Below are positions 1-11,263 of a DNA stretch of 64,000 bases, in pieces; the first letter of the stretch is position 1; every line of letters begins with the position of its first letter. Below the pieces are notes generated by a model. That model did not search any database. It was not told where the DNA came from and worked only from the letters and a program-made list of their open reading frames with translations. Where the stretch lies: assembly GCA_965243025.1 (NCBI GenBank), contig CBDETY010000003.1:3392001-3456000 (forward strand), in the 5' to 3' direction. This DNA comes from Candidatus Latescibacterota bacterium. Lineage in GTDB: Bacteria > Latescibacterota > UBA2968 > UBA8231. The position numbers and the translations under genes were made by a program.

Positions 1-100
1 TCCGGGCGACGGTCCCGGCATCGACAGCTTGCTGGATAACCAGGAAGCCATCCGTATCGAAGTCCCGCCGTTGCGCTTCGGTCAGTTGGTGGAAATCCAT
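1..100 (-). CDS. PhyH-like dioxygenase, N-terminus only (runs off window)
   Basis: Not in the ORF track. AGGAGG RBS, then ATG at 100: MDFHQLTEAQRRDFDTDGFLVIQQAV, the typical PhyH start (F..DGFLV). Confidence 0.7.
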   Translation of the reverse strand, partial: MDFHQLTEAQRRDFDTDGFLVIQQAVDAGTVAR

Positions 101-113
101 TTTCAACCTCCTG

Positions 114-446
114 TCACTCGGGGACCACCAGCGGCGAAGCCTGCCCCCACTGGCCGGCGAAGACAAAGTCGGTCAGGGGCTTGCGGGTGCGGGGCCGGGC
201 TTCCCCTTCGCGGTAGCGCTCCGGCAGACCGGCCGGGTCGCCGAGGTAGCCCAGGGCAATGGCCGCGGCCGGCTCGAACTGTTCCGGGACGGCAAAAACC
301 CGCTGCGCCTTTTCCACGTCGAAGCCGGCCATCTGGTGCATGTACAAACCCGGGCGGCCGGCAAAGGCGCGGGGGCTCCAGCGACGGCTCAGCAGGTCGT
401 GGATGGGGCGGGAGGTCCTGGCGATCCTGTCCATTGGAGTGTCCAT
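114..446 (-). pseudogene. Nitroreductase family protein with in-frame internal deletion
   Basis: N-terminal RRWSPRAF motif joined directly to the C-terminal GLYMHQMAGFD...IALGY...RTRKP motifs; the central WAPS/NEQPW segment is absent; only 110 aa. Confidence 0.7.
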
Positions 447-449
447 TCC

Positions 450-1568
450 CTAGGCCCTGGCGCCGGCGGCCTCGAGGAAGGCAATCGCCTTTTTGTGCCC
501 CTTCTCCAGCGCCCGGGCCAGCGGCGTGCGTCCCTGGCTGTCCTCCTGGTCGATCCTGGCGCCGTACTCCAGCAGCAGCTGCAGCATCTTGTCGCCGGCG
601 CCGTAATGCACCGCCACGTGCAGGCAGTTTTCACCGTCCCTGCTCTCGATCCGGTTGGGATCCTGGCCGTTCTCCAGAAACCACTTCGCACCCTTGATGC
701 TGCGAGACGAAACCGCGCAGCCGAGGGGGGTGTAGCCGCCGTGGTGCCCGGTGCCGCGGGTGCCGTCCATCCTGATCCCGGACTCGAGCAGCAGGTTCAG
801 GGCCTCGAACCGTCCGTCACAGGCCGCGTGGTTCAGGTTGTCGTCGTCGCCCGGGGTGGCCCCGGCCTTCAGGAGCGTTTCGATCATTTCGAGGTTGTCG
901 GTGTAGATGGCCAGGTCGAGGGAGCCGGCGACGTCGGCGCCGTGGTCGAGCAAGGTCCGCGCGATCCGCACCAGCGCCTTTCTCTTCTCGCCGTCCTCTT
1001 TCCCGACTCGCGAGCTGACACAGTACGCCAGCGCCGTCCAGCCCTTGTCGTCGGTCCAGATCCGGGTTCCCCGGTCATGAGCCGTCGCCAGGGACGGATC
1101 CTTCTTCAGGAGGGCATTGACGCGCGCTTCCTCCCCCAGAACGGAGGCGTGGAAGATGTCGTGCGGACCGGACACCCGCTTCAGCATCGCCGGCAGGAAC
1201 TCCGTCGCCTCCCCGGTGGCGCACAGGGCGATTGCGCTGATCAGCGAACCGCCTCCCGGCATCATGGGATCGGCGCCGGCATCGAGAAGCAGTTCCACCG
1301 CCCGGTGATGGCCCTCGTGTTTGGGCGCCGTCTTCTTGAATTCCACCGTGCGGTGCAGGGGGCGGTAGTAGAACGGCCCCCTGGACTGGACGTTCGCATC
1401 GGCCCCGTTCTCCAGCAGGAGGGCCACGGCCTCCGCCCGGCCGGCGTAACAGGCGTCCATCATCGGCTTCCAACCGGTTACCAGGGCGGGGTCTTCCCCG
1501 AGCGCCGCCCGCATGGTGTCGAGGTCCCCTGCCGCTGCGGCGGCGGCGAGTGATTTTGCCAGGTTCAA
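450..1568 (-). CDS. Ankyrin repeat protein
   Basis: Repeated ankyrin motifs (LLENGADAN, RPLH, GYTPLGCA, GENCLHVA, GRTPLARA). Confidence 0.9.
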   Translation of the reverse strand: MNLAKSLAAAAAAGDLDTMRAALGEDPALVTGWKPMMDACYAGRAEAVALLLENGADANVQSRGPFYYRPLHRTVEFKKTAPKHEGHHRAVELLLDAGADPMMPGGGSLISAIALCATGEATEFLPAMLKRVSGPHDIFHASVLGEEARVNALLKKDPSLATAHDRGTRIWTDDKGWTALAYCVSSRVGKEDGEKRKALVRIARTLLDHGADVAGSLDLAIYTDNLEMIETLLKAGATPGDDDNLNHAACDGRFEALNLLLESGIRMDGTRGTGHHGGYTPLGCAVSSRSIKGAKWFLENGQDPNRIESRDGENCLHVAVHYGAGDKMLQLLLEYGARIDQEDSQGRTPLARALEKGHKKAIAFLEAAGARA

Positions 1569-1675
1569 ATCAGGGTCTCCTGTTTCTGTCGTTGTTCACT
1601 ACAGCAATCCTGCCTGAGAAGGCCATTCCAGGGGACTGGAATACCGCCGGGCAACTCGAGGCTGAGAATTCAGCA

Positions 1676-1716
1676 ACTACCCTTATTACTACCCTTACTC
1701 AGGATTACTACCCTTA
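1676..1716 (+). repeat. Three copies of ACTACCCTTA in intergenic DNA
   Basis: Copies at 1676, 1688 and 1707. Confidence 0.75.
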
Positions 1717-1749
1717 TTCCCGAGAAAACGCCAGCGCGCAACCGGACCT

Positions 1750-3047
1750 TCAGAACCAGATGAGAAACCGCGTCGGTTTTCCCGGTTCGCTCTCAAGAGT
1801 GTAGTGAAATCCGTGGTTGCGCAGCACTTCGGCCGCCAGGGTCAGCCCTACACCCTGTCCGCCTTCCTTGGTGCTGAAGAAGGGGGTAAACAGCTTTTCC
1901 CGCACCGCCGGGTCGATACCGGAGCCGGTATCTTCGACCGCCAGCTCGATCCGCCCTTTCAGGCTGAGCCGCACCGAGATGGTTCCGCGCTCGCCGATCG
2001 CCTCCACCGCGTTCTTCAGGATGTTGAGCAGGACCTGCTCCATCTGGTCGCGGTCCAGATCGACCGGGCAGGAGCCGGCGCCCAAGTCCCATTCCCAATC
2101 GATGCTCCTCCGTCGGCACTCGGCGTGCAGGAAACGCTCGACCTGGCGCAGCAGCTCGACCAGGTCGGCCGGCCGCTTCTGCGGGACGGGGATCCTCACG
2201 ACTTCCGCGTACCGCTTCATGAAGCTTTCGAGGTGCTGCGAACGCTCGATGGAGATGTCGATGGCGGTGGAAAAGTCGGGGCGGTCCCTCTCGCCGACCT
2301 GGGGGCCGTAGGTCCGGGCGCTCTCGAGCAGGGACCTGATGGCGGCGAGTGAGTTGTTGGCCTCGTGGGAGAGCGTGCGGATCAGCTTTTCGTAGGCGTC
2401 CCGTTCCGAACGGCGTATCTCGTCGGTAAGCTCCTCAATGGTGACGAAGGTTCGCGGCGCGCCCCGGTCGATGAACTTCGATTTGCGGATTCTCAACCTG
2501 GTCCCTGCTTGCGGGGCGACGATGCGGGCGCCGTCCATGGGAAGCTGCCGTATGGCCTCGGCGAGAGAACCCCCGACCTCGGCCAGGCTCTTTCCCGCCG
2601 CATCGGCCCGGCCGATCCCCAGCATCTGCTCGGCGGCCGGGTTGATGCGGTCGATGTTCCCGTCGACGCCGAAGATTGCAATGCCCGACGGCGATTGATC
2701 GACGACCTGGTGGAGGAAGAGATTCTGTTCCTCCAGCCGCACGCGTTCGTCCCGGAAGCGGTCGATCATGCTGTTGTAGATGCGCACCAGTCTGTCCACC
2801 TCCCGCTGCCCCACCTCGACGAACTTGGTGGTGGAATCCCCCTCGGCGATCAGCCCGGCGCCGATGTCGGCGAGGCGGAGCGGCTCCGAGATCCGGTTCA
2901 CCCAGCGCCACCCGGTCAGAAACGAGCCCAGGAGAACCACCTCGGCGGCGATGAACAGCACCGCATTGTCCGGGTACAGAAGGAAAACCAGGACGGCAAC
3001 GGCCAGGTGCAGGACGGCCAGAAAGACCAGGAGCCTGGTCCTTAGCT

Positions 3048-3051
<4 letters not shown>
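1750..3051 (-). CDS. Membrane sensor histidine kinase (NtrY-like, PAS + HATPase)
   Basis: Two N-terminal TM segments; H-box LSHEANNSL; N-box NILKNAVEA; DTGSG, FTPFFSTK and GQGVGL boxes. Confidence 0.92.
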
Positions 3052-4418
<1,367 letters not shown>

Positions 4419-4452
4419 GGGAGGAGGTTGAGCGCGCCCGGTTTTTCGCGGG

Positions 4453-5655
4453 TCATTCCCAGTGGAGCGCCTGTACCGGGTGCACCCGGGTCGCCAGCCA
4501 GGCCGGCCAGGCTGTCGCCAGGGTGATGATCAGGTACATCAGGACAGCTGCGGAGGCCACACCGGCCAGCCAGGCAGCGGGCGGAAGCTCGGGGAAGAAT
4601 CCCAGGATCGCAACTTGGCCCAGGAGGAAGCCGCCGAACCCGATGGCGACGGTGGTCAGCATGAGCGCCTCCCCGACGAACTGGACGTACACCCCCAGGG
4701 CGTTCGCGCCTGCCGCCCTCCGCACCCCTATTTCCCGGGTCCGCTCGGCGATGGTCTGGCACATGATACCCACGAGGCTCAAGGCTATCAGAGCTACGAT
4801 CGCCGCGGCCAGACGGACGAATTGCACACGAATTGACCTGAAAATGTCCAGAATTTCGCCGACGTGCGCCTCTTTCAGGGAACGGAGATTCAGGTGCCAC
4901 CCCGGGGCCGCCGCATTCAGCTTCTGCCGCAACAGGCGCTCGAACTGGCGCGGGGTGCCCGGCTGCAGTCGGATCATGAAGCTCGTCGGCAGGCCTTCGG
5001 CGAGCGGCCGGTCGGGCCGCACCAGGCGGAATCTCGACCAGTGCGGGTCCTCGAACCTGCCCAGCTGTTGATAGTCGGAAACGACCCCGATGATGGGGCC
5101 GAGGTCGTCGTTCCCGTTGGTGGTGAACGGTTTGCCGATCGGATCGGCGCTGCCGTGCATGGCCCGCGCCAGGCCCTCGTTTATCACGAATCCCGGTTTT
5201 GCCGCCACCAGGTCGCTGCCGTCGAACCATCTGCCGCGCGCCATATCGAGACGCAGCACCTTCGCCAGGTCCATGCCGGCCTCGGTGTTGTAGCATTGTC
5301 GAGATTCATGCCCGGGCAGATGGAGTGCCGACATAGAAAAGGTGCCCGCCAGCGGCGGGGTGGGGTTTTCGGCGACAGCGACGACCTCCGGCATGCTCCT
5401 CAGTAAGAGGATTGCCTGCTGCATGGCGATGGAATCGGCCGCGGTCCATTCTCCCGTATGGGAACTCGGTGCCCTGAACCCGACGGTCCATACATCCTCT
5501 ACCTGGTAACCCAGGGGACGGCGGAAATTCAGGTAATCGCGAAACGCAACGGTGGCCAGCGCGGCGATCAAAAGGAAGCAGACCAACAGCTCCAGGCCCA
5601 GCAGGAACTGACCCCGTTTCCGGTTCCAGGTCAACATCGCGAAATGACGGATCAT
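4453..5655 (-). CDS. ABC transporter permease (MacB/FtsX-like)
   Basis: Real start taken as MIRHFAML at 5655, overlapping the upstream stop; ERTREIGVRRAAGA motif; C-terminal PAWLATRVHPVQAL. Confidence 0.88.
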   Translation of the reverse strand: MIRHFAMLTWNRKRGQFLLGLELLVCFLLIAALATVAFRDYLNFRRPLGYQVEDVWTVGFRAPSSHTGEWTAADSIAMQQAILLLRSMPEVVAVAENPTPPLAGTFSMSALHLPGHESRQCYNTEAGMDLAKVLRLDMARGRWFDGSDLVAAKPGFVINEGLARAMHGSADPIGKPFTTNGNDDLGPIIGVVSDYQQLGRFEDPHWSRFRLVRPDRPLAEGLPTSFMIRLQPGTPRQFERLLRQKLNAAAPGWHLNLRSLKEAHVGEILDIFRSIRVQFVRLAAAIVALIALSLVGIMCQTIAERTREIGVRRAAGANALGVYVQFVGEALMLTTVAIGFGGFLLGQVAILGFFPELPPAAWLAGVASAAVLMYLIITLATAWPAWLATRVHPVQALHWE

Positions 5656-6956
5656 CTTTCGCCTCCCCTCACCGCTTCGACCGGGTGGAGCCGCGACATT
5701 CTCCACGCGGGGTAGATGCCCGAGATCAGACCGAAGCACATGGTGAAGAGAAGGCCGGCGAGAAACAGACGGTAGTTCATGCCGAAGTCCTCCGGGATGC
5801 CTGCTGTCATGCCCATCCGGAATTCGAGGATGCCGTATGAAACACAGAAACCGACAAGGCCGCCCACCATGGTGAGAACCAGGTTTTCGACGAGGAACTG
5901 ACGCACCAGGTGAAGAGAAGTAGCCCCGAAGCTCTTGCGCACTCCTATTTCGGAGGCTCGTTCCATGATGCGGCTCACGTTGAGATTGACCAGGCTCAGC
6001 GAGGTGATCGCCATGAACAGCAGCACGACGCCGAGAGCCGAAAGGATCAATCTCGATCGCAGCCCCGGCAGAGTTTGGAGCATGGTTTCCATATCCGAGC
6101 TCATCCACCGGACCCCACCGAAAACCATCGACCCCATGATGGCGATTTCGTCCAGCTCCGTCCCCGGAAAGGCGCTGATGGAGTATGCCCAGGGGTGGCT
6201 CGACAGGTCGATCGCTTCCAGCACCGCTCCGAACTCCCTCCTGATCTCCGGGAAGTCGCCAAGGTCGCGGGCCAGCAGCAGGAGATTCAGCCCGCCGTTG
6301 TATTTTTGCGCCATCCCGGCATGGTACGGCTCGAGCGGTACCCACATGTCCGCACTCACCGATCCGCGGGCTCCGGCGGGAACGGTCGGGACCACTCCGA
6401 CGACTCGATACCGATTTTCGATCGTTTCCAGGATTTGTCCGACAGCGGGCTGACCGGGGAACAGGGCCGCCCCCGTCTTCCGGTCGATGACCGCCACGTC
6501 GCTCATCCCGGCGACTTCGTCCTCCGTGAACGGACGCCCCTCGAGAAAATCGAACTCCATGATCTCCCAGTACGCCGCGTCGGTCGCCTTGACGTTCAAC
6601 AGCAGCTTCTCTCCGCCCTGGTAGGTCGCCTGCGGCCGGTTGCCCTCGTAAACGGCGATCTTCTCGGGGGTCCGGAGTCTCCTCACATGCCTGGCAAGTC
6701 CGGGTCCCGCTGCAGCCGAATGGGCCCGGCCGGATCCTCCCTTGTAGAATTTCTCGTCCGTCATGAAGACCATCTTGACTTTCAACAGGCGGTCCCCCCG
6801 GGTCTCGGGAGGATTGGGTCCGATCCGGTGGTCGACGACGGCCGCCGCAACCATCAGCACGGTCAGGGTGAAACCGATCCCGAGAAGGCTGACCGCGGTG
6901 ATGAACTTGCGCCGCAACAATATCTTCAGGGCGAGTTTGAGGTGGTTCTTCCACAT
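5652..6956 (-). CDS. ABC transporter permease (MacB/FtsX-like)
   Basis: Real start taken as MWKNHLKLA at 6956 after GAGAGG; ERASEIGVRKSFGA motif; YPAWRMSRLHPVEA. Confidence 0.9.
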   Translation of the reverse strand: MWKNHLKLALKILLRRKFITAVSLLGIGFTLTVLMVAAAVVDHRIGPNPPETRGDRLLKVKMVFMTDEKFYKGGSGRAHSAAAGPGLARHVRRLRTPEKIAVYEGNRPQATYQGGEKLLLNVKATDAAYWEIMEFDFLEGRPFTEDEVAGMSDVAVIDRKTGAALFPGQPAVGQILETIENRYRVVGVVPTVPAGARGSVSADMWVPLEPYHAGMAQKYNGGLNLLLLARDLGDFPEIRREFGAVLEAIDLSSHPWAYSISAFPGTELDEIAIMGSMVFGGVRWMSSDMETMLQTLPGLRSRLILSALGVVLLFMAITSLSLVNLNVSRIMERASEIGVRKSFGATSLHLVRQFLVENLVLTMVGGLVGFCVSYGILEFRMGMTAGIPEDFGMNYRLFLAGLLFTMCFGLISGIYPAWRMSRLHPVEAVRGGER

Positions 6957-6982
6957 GGTTCGTTCCTCTCGGACAGGCCCGG

Positions 6983-7648
<666 letters not shown>

Positions 7649-7661
7649 CCGCGCATCCTCC

Positions 7662-8918
7662 TTATTCGATCGCGATTCGGTCCCGTTGCAGGAACCGCTG
7701 GGTGTCGATGGCCAGCACTTCGTCTCCGACGGAGAGTCCCGCTGCCACCTCGAAATAGTTGCGGCCGATCAGGCCGAGCTGTACCGGCGTCCTCACCGCG
7801 CTCTCCCCGCGCAGGACGAACGCCTGGCGCACCCCCAGCTCGTCGCGGGGGATCGGCCCCCTGGGCAGGCGGGTAACCCGCGCCCGGCGTTCGGTGACGA
7901 TCCAGGCCTCCACCCGCATCTTCGGCCGCAGGGCGCCATGGGAAGGCTCCTTCAGGCGGACGTCCAGGTGAACGGCGTTCGCCTCGGAGGTCGGGAAGAC
8001 GTGCTCGATCCAGCCGCTCAGTTCCCGGTTGTCGGACAGCACCAGGCGGACCGGCATCTGCGGCGCGAGGAGATCGGCGTGGATATCGGGAACGACGACG
8101 TCCGCCCTGAAGGCGCTCAGATCGGCGATGCGCGCGATCTCCGAGCCCTTCCGGACGGTGGCCCCCACCTCGACCCGGATCCGGGTGACGATGCCGTTTA
8201 CCGCGCTGCGCAGCGAGCCGTGGGCCAGGTCCTCCCGGAGCTGGTCGACCTCGAGCTGCAGCGCCGCCGACTCCAGATCGATCGCTTCGAGCTGGCTGGA
8301 GAAGGCCGCGCCCAGCCGGGTCTGCTGGCGCTGCAGCTGTTCCAGCTCCAGCGAGACCCGTTTCCGGTCGAGCTCGATTTCGTCGAGCGCGTTCTTCGAC
8401 ACCCCCCCGAACTCCATCACCGCGCGGGTCTGCCGGGCCTTGACCGCCAGGGCATCCGCCGACAGCCGCGTCATGCGCAGCTTTACCCGCAGATCGTCCA
8501 TCTGCTGTTGGTGTTCGGTCCCGGTCCGGGCCCTGCGATTGGCGAGCAGGTCGATTTCACCCTGTTGCTGCTCCAGATCCCGCCGCAGGTGACTGACGTC
8601 GAGGTGAAAAATCACCTCCTGCGGGGCGACCGGGTCGCCGGGCTGCCGCAGGATTCGGCGCACCCCGGCATCGACGGGTGAAAAGAGAACGTGCTCCGTC
8701 AACGGCTCGATGACCCCCGAACCGCTGATCCCCGCCTCCACCGGGCCGGCGTCCACCGTGGAAATCAGGAGGTTGCGGCGTTCGAGACTCGGGGCGACCC
8801 AACCCGGGAGAACCGCCGCGGCCAGGCCCGCGGCCAGGGCGAACCCGATCGCCGGAGCCGCTTTGCGGGCTCGTCTCTTCCAGATCTGTTCGTCCGTGAG
8901 TGGCCGGTCCATGTTCAT
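7662..8918 (-). CDS. HlyD/MacA-family periplasmic adaptor subunit
   Basis: N-terminal TM anchor, coiled-coil hairpin flanked by lipoyl half-motifs (SPVDAGV; RSAVNGIV); first gene of the exporter operon. Confidence 0.85.
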   Translation of the reverse strand: MNMDRPLTDEQIWKRRARKAAPAIGFALAAGLAAAVLPGWVAPSLERRNLLISTVDAGPVEAGISGSGVIEPLTEHVLFSPVDAGVRRILRQPGDPVAPQEVIFHLDVSHLRRDLEQQQGEIDLLANRRARTGTEHQQQMDDLRVKLRMTRLSADALAVKARQTRAVMEFGGVSKNALDEIELDRKRVSLELEQLQRQQTRLGAAFSSQLEAIDLESAALQLEVDQLREDLAHGSLRSAVNGIVTRIRVEVGATVRKGSEIARIADLSAFRADVVVPDIHADLLAPQMPVRLVLSDNRELSGWIEHVFPTSEANAVHLDVRLKEPSHGALRPKMRVEAWIVTERRARVTRLPRGPIPRDELGVRQAFVLRGESAVRTPVQLGLIGRNYFEVAAGLSVGDEVLAIDTQRFLQRDRIAIE

Positions 8919-8929
8919 GACGATCCATG

Positions 8930-8945
8930 TGCAAGCACCGTGCCA
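8930..8945 (-). promoter_or_regulatory. Sigma-54 -24/-12 promoter
   Basis: TGGCAC-GGTGC-TTGCA on the minus strand, a perfect consensus match, directly upstream of the operon that encodes an NtrC-type activator. Confidence 0.9.
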
Positions 8946-8999
8946 AAAAACAAGTGCTGAAAAAACAACCAGTTAAGGATTTACTCCGAGGAGGCGGAC

Positions 9000-9034
9000 G
9001 TCCACGGATGGACGGCGGGCGTCCGCAAATGGAC
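9000..9034. promoter_or_regulatory. Tandem palindromic enhancer sites for a sigma-54 activator
   Basis: GTCCA-cgga-TGGAC (9000-9013) and GTCCG-caaa-TGGAC (9021-9034), 21 bp apart; an IHF-like AAACAAccagTTA lies between them and the promoter. Confidence 0.7.
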
Positions 9035-9191
9035 GCCCCGCGCGAGGGCAGGCGGTTCCAGGAATACCTGGACCGCGAGGCGGGATCAGCCGGCTACCGG
9101 TTTCTCCGGGAGGGCACGCAGGGGAGACCGCGACGGATCTGGCGGGGCCGCCGCCGCCGGTACAAGGGCGGCTGACGGAGGAGAATGCGGG

Positions 9192-10028
9192 TCAATCCTC
9201 GCGGCGCGGGCGAACCACTGTCTCGCCGTCCGGTTCGATGAGGGGGTGATGGTAGATGTAGGGGGGCTCGAGCACCGCCTGCTGCGCCTCGGTCAGCTCC
9301 GACACCCACTCCGGCTGGGTGACCTCGTAGGTGCCGCCGTCGTAGTGCAGGTACTTCGGCGTGTACCGGTAGAGCAGGGCGCGGCGGTCGTGGTCCGCCT
9401 GCCACGGCAGGGTGCCGTGCAGGGTGTTCTCGCTGAAAATGACCATGTCTCCGGCCTTCAGGGGCACCTGGTACACGACCTCGTGGTGCTCCTCCCAGGT
9501 GGTGATTTTCGCAGGGCAGGTGAAGTTCGCCTTGTGGCTGCCCGGGATGACGCAGAGGCCGCCCTCGCCGGGGTTCTGGTCATGCAGGGTGTACTGGACC
9601 ACGAGCAGGCCGCAGCGCATCTGGCCGTTGGTGTACGCGTAGAAGCGGGAGCCGTTGTAGAGGACGTTGGTGGTCCCGTGGATGCGCAGGCCTTCGACCC
9701 CCCTGGAACCGGTGATCAGGAACGGCTCGTGGTCGAGCTTCCAGCCGCGTCCGTGCAGGGTGTCGAGGTAGGGCAGGAGCCTTGGGTGCGCGAGCAGGTC
9801 GCGGAAGGGCTGGCAGTGCGGCTGCTCCCAGGTGAGCATGCCGGTCAAGATGCTGCGCTTTTCCAGGCCGGCCATGTTGCCGCTTGGGTCGCCGACCGGG
9901 TCTTCGCGGCGCTTGTCCCGGTTGGCGTCGAATGCGTCGTTGAGGGCTTTGACTTCGACCGGCGAGAGAAACCCGGGGACGACGATGAAGCCCTGCAGGT
10001 CGAAGAGGAATTTCTCGGTGTCGTTCAT
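9192..10028 (-). CDS. Phytanoyl-CoA dioxygenase (PhyH) family protein
   Basis: FDLQGFIV, VIPGSHK, AGDMVIFSENTLHG, RRALL. Confidence 0.9.
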   Translation of the reverse strand: MNDTEKFLFDLQGFIVVPGFLSPVEVKALNDAFDANRDKRREDPVGDPSGNMAGLEKRSILTGMLTWEQPHCQPFRDLLAHPRLLPYLDTLHGRGWKLDHEPFLITGSRGVEGLRIHGTTNVLYNGSRFYAYTNGQMRCGLLVVQYTLHDQNPGEGGLCVIPGSHKANFTCPAKITTWEEHHEVVYQVPLKAGDMVIFSENTLHGTLPWQADHDRRALLYRYTPKYLHYDGGTYEVTQPEWVSELTEAQQAVLEPPYIYHHPLIEPDGETVVRPRRED

Positions 10029-10082
10029 GGCGATTCCGACCTTCCATCTGTTGTCGGCCGCAGTTCCACGGGCGAGGGCAAG

Positions 10083-10859
10083 TTATCCCGGCTGCACGAT
10101 AAAGCGGGCCAGTTCCTTCCCGCGCGGCGACAGCGTTTCATAGAGGTTGCGGGGCAGCGAGGGAGCCAGTCGGGGCAGACGGAACCAGGGGGCAAGGTAC
10201 CCGACACTGGTCATCGGCCGGATTTCATCGGAGTTGTTGGCGGTACCGCCGTGCCAGCAGCGCACGTCCCGGATGAGCGCCGTTCCGGCCGGGGCACAGA
10301 TTATCGACTCCTTCATGCGGCCGGGTTCCTCCTCCTGCGTCGGAATCGGCTGACGGGTCCGATGGGTACCGGGCACGAACCGGATTGCGCCGTTGATCCT
10401 CTTGAATTCCACCATCAGGAAATTCACGACAATATACGGCGTCGGCACGTCGTGGATCGTCACCTGGCCCAGTGGATCGGCGAACTCGTCCCCGATGTCG
10501 GAATGCAGGTGCTGCTCCTTGGCACCGGGGATGGAGTAATCGCCGCCGCCCCCGGAGCAGATGAAATCCCGACTTCCCCAGATCGCCTCCAGAATCGGAA
10601 GAACGGCCGGCAGATCGATGAGCTGAACCCACTCCGGATGATGGAGCTGCGGCCCGAAGGAGTACCGGGCATGGCCCCGGTTCGCCTGCTCGAGCGGAGT
10701 TTCGGCCATCTGCTGGGCGATGACGCGGGCGGCACCCGACCGGGCGAATGCGAGCTGTTCGGGATCGAGGGCATCCCCGACGGGAACGAACCCGTCCCGG
10801 TGGAAGTTCGCCGCTGCTCTTTCGACTTCAGAAGGATCGATGATTTCGACGTCGAGCAT
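10083..10859 (-). CDS. Phytanoyl-CoA dioxygenase (PhyH) family protein
   Basis: FHRDGF, HxD (LHSD), FVPGTH, WHGG..N...R; start taken at MLDVEII. Confidence 0.9.
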   Translation of the reverse strand: MLDVEIIDPSEVERAAANFHRDGFVPVGDALDPEQLAFARSGAARVIAQQMAETPLEQANRGHARYSFGPQLHHPEWVQLIDLPAVLPILEAIWGSRDFICSGGGGDYSIPGAKEQHLHSDIGDEFADPLGQVTIHDVPTPYIVVNFLMVEFKRINGAIRFVPGTHRTRQPIPTQEEEPGRMKESIICAPAGTALIRDVRCWHGGTANNSDEIRPMTSVGYLAPWFRLPRLAPSLPRNLYETLSPRGKELARFIVQPG

Positions 10860-11263
10860 GGTTGGTCGGGGCTCCCTGCACCCGACTCGGGACGCCAAAG
10901 CCAGGCGCCATCAGTCCTGCTTCCACCGCCATGATACGCGGATGCCTTTTCCGTAAGATAGATACCTGACCGCCTCCAGTCCGCCGGCGTGCCTGCCCCT
11001 GTGCCCCGTCGCAGAAATATCTCGACATTGGGACGCCGATCCATTGAGGGGTAAAATCGCGGTTTTATGAAACCCTCATCCGGTGCGATTTTTCCCCTCA
11101 ATCCCGGCTCACGGCGTTGCCTTCGCTCGCCGTACACCCTCGGTACGACTCGCTCAGGCGCCTTGTGAGCCGGGCGCCTCGGCATCCCAATTTTGTCAAT
11201 CTATCTCTGCGACGGGGCACTAGCACCTCCGCCCGGACCTGCTTTCAACAGGAGATGGGACCC

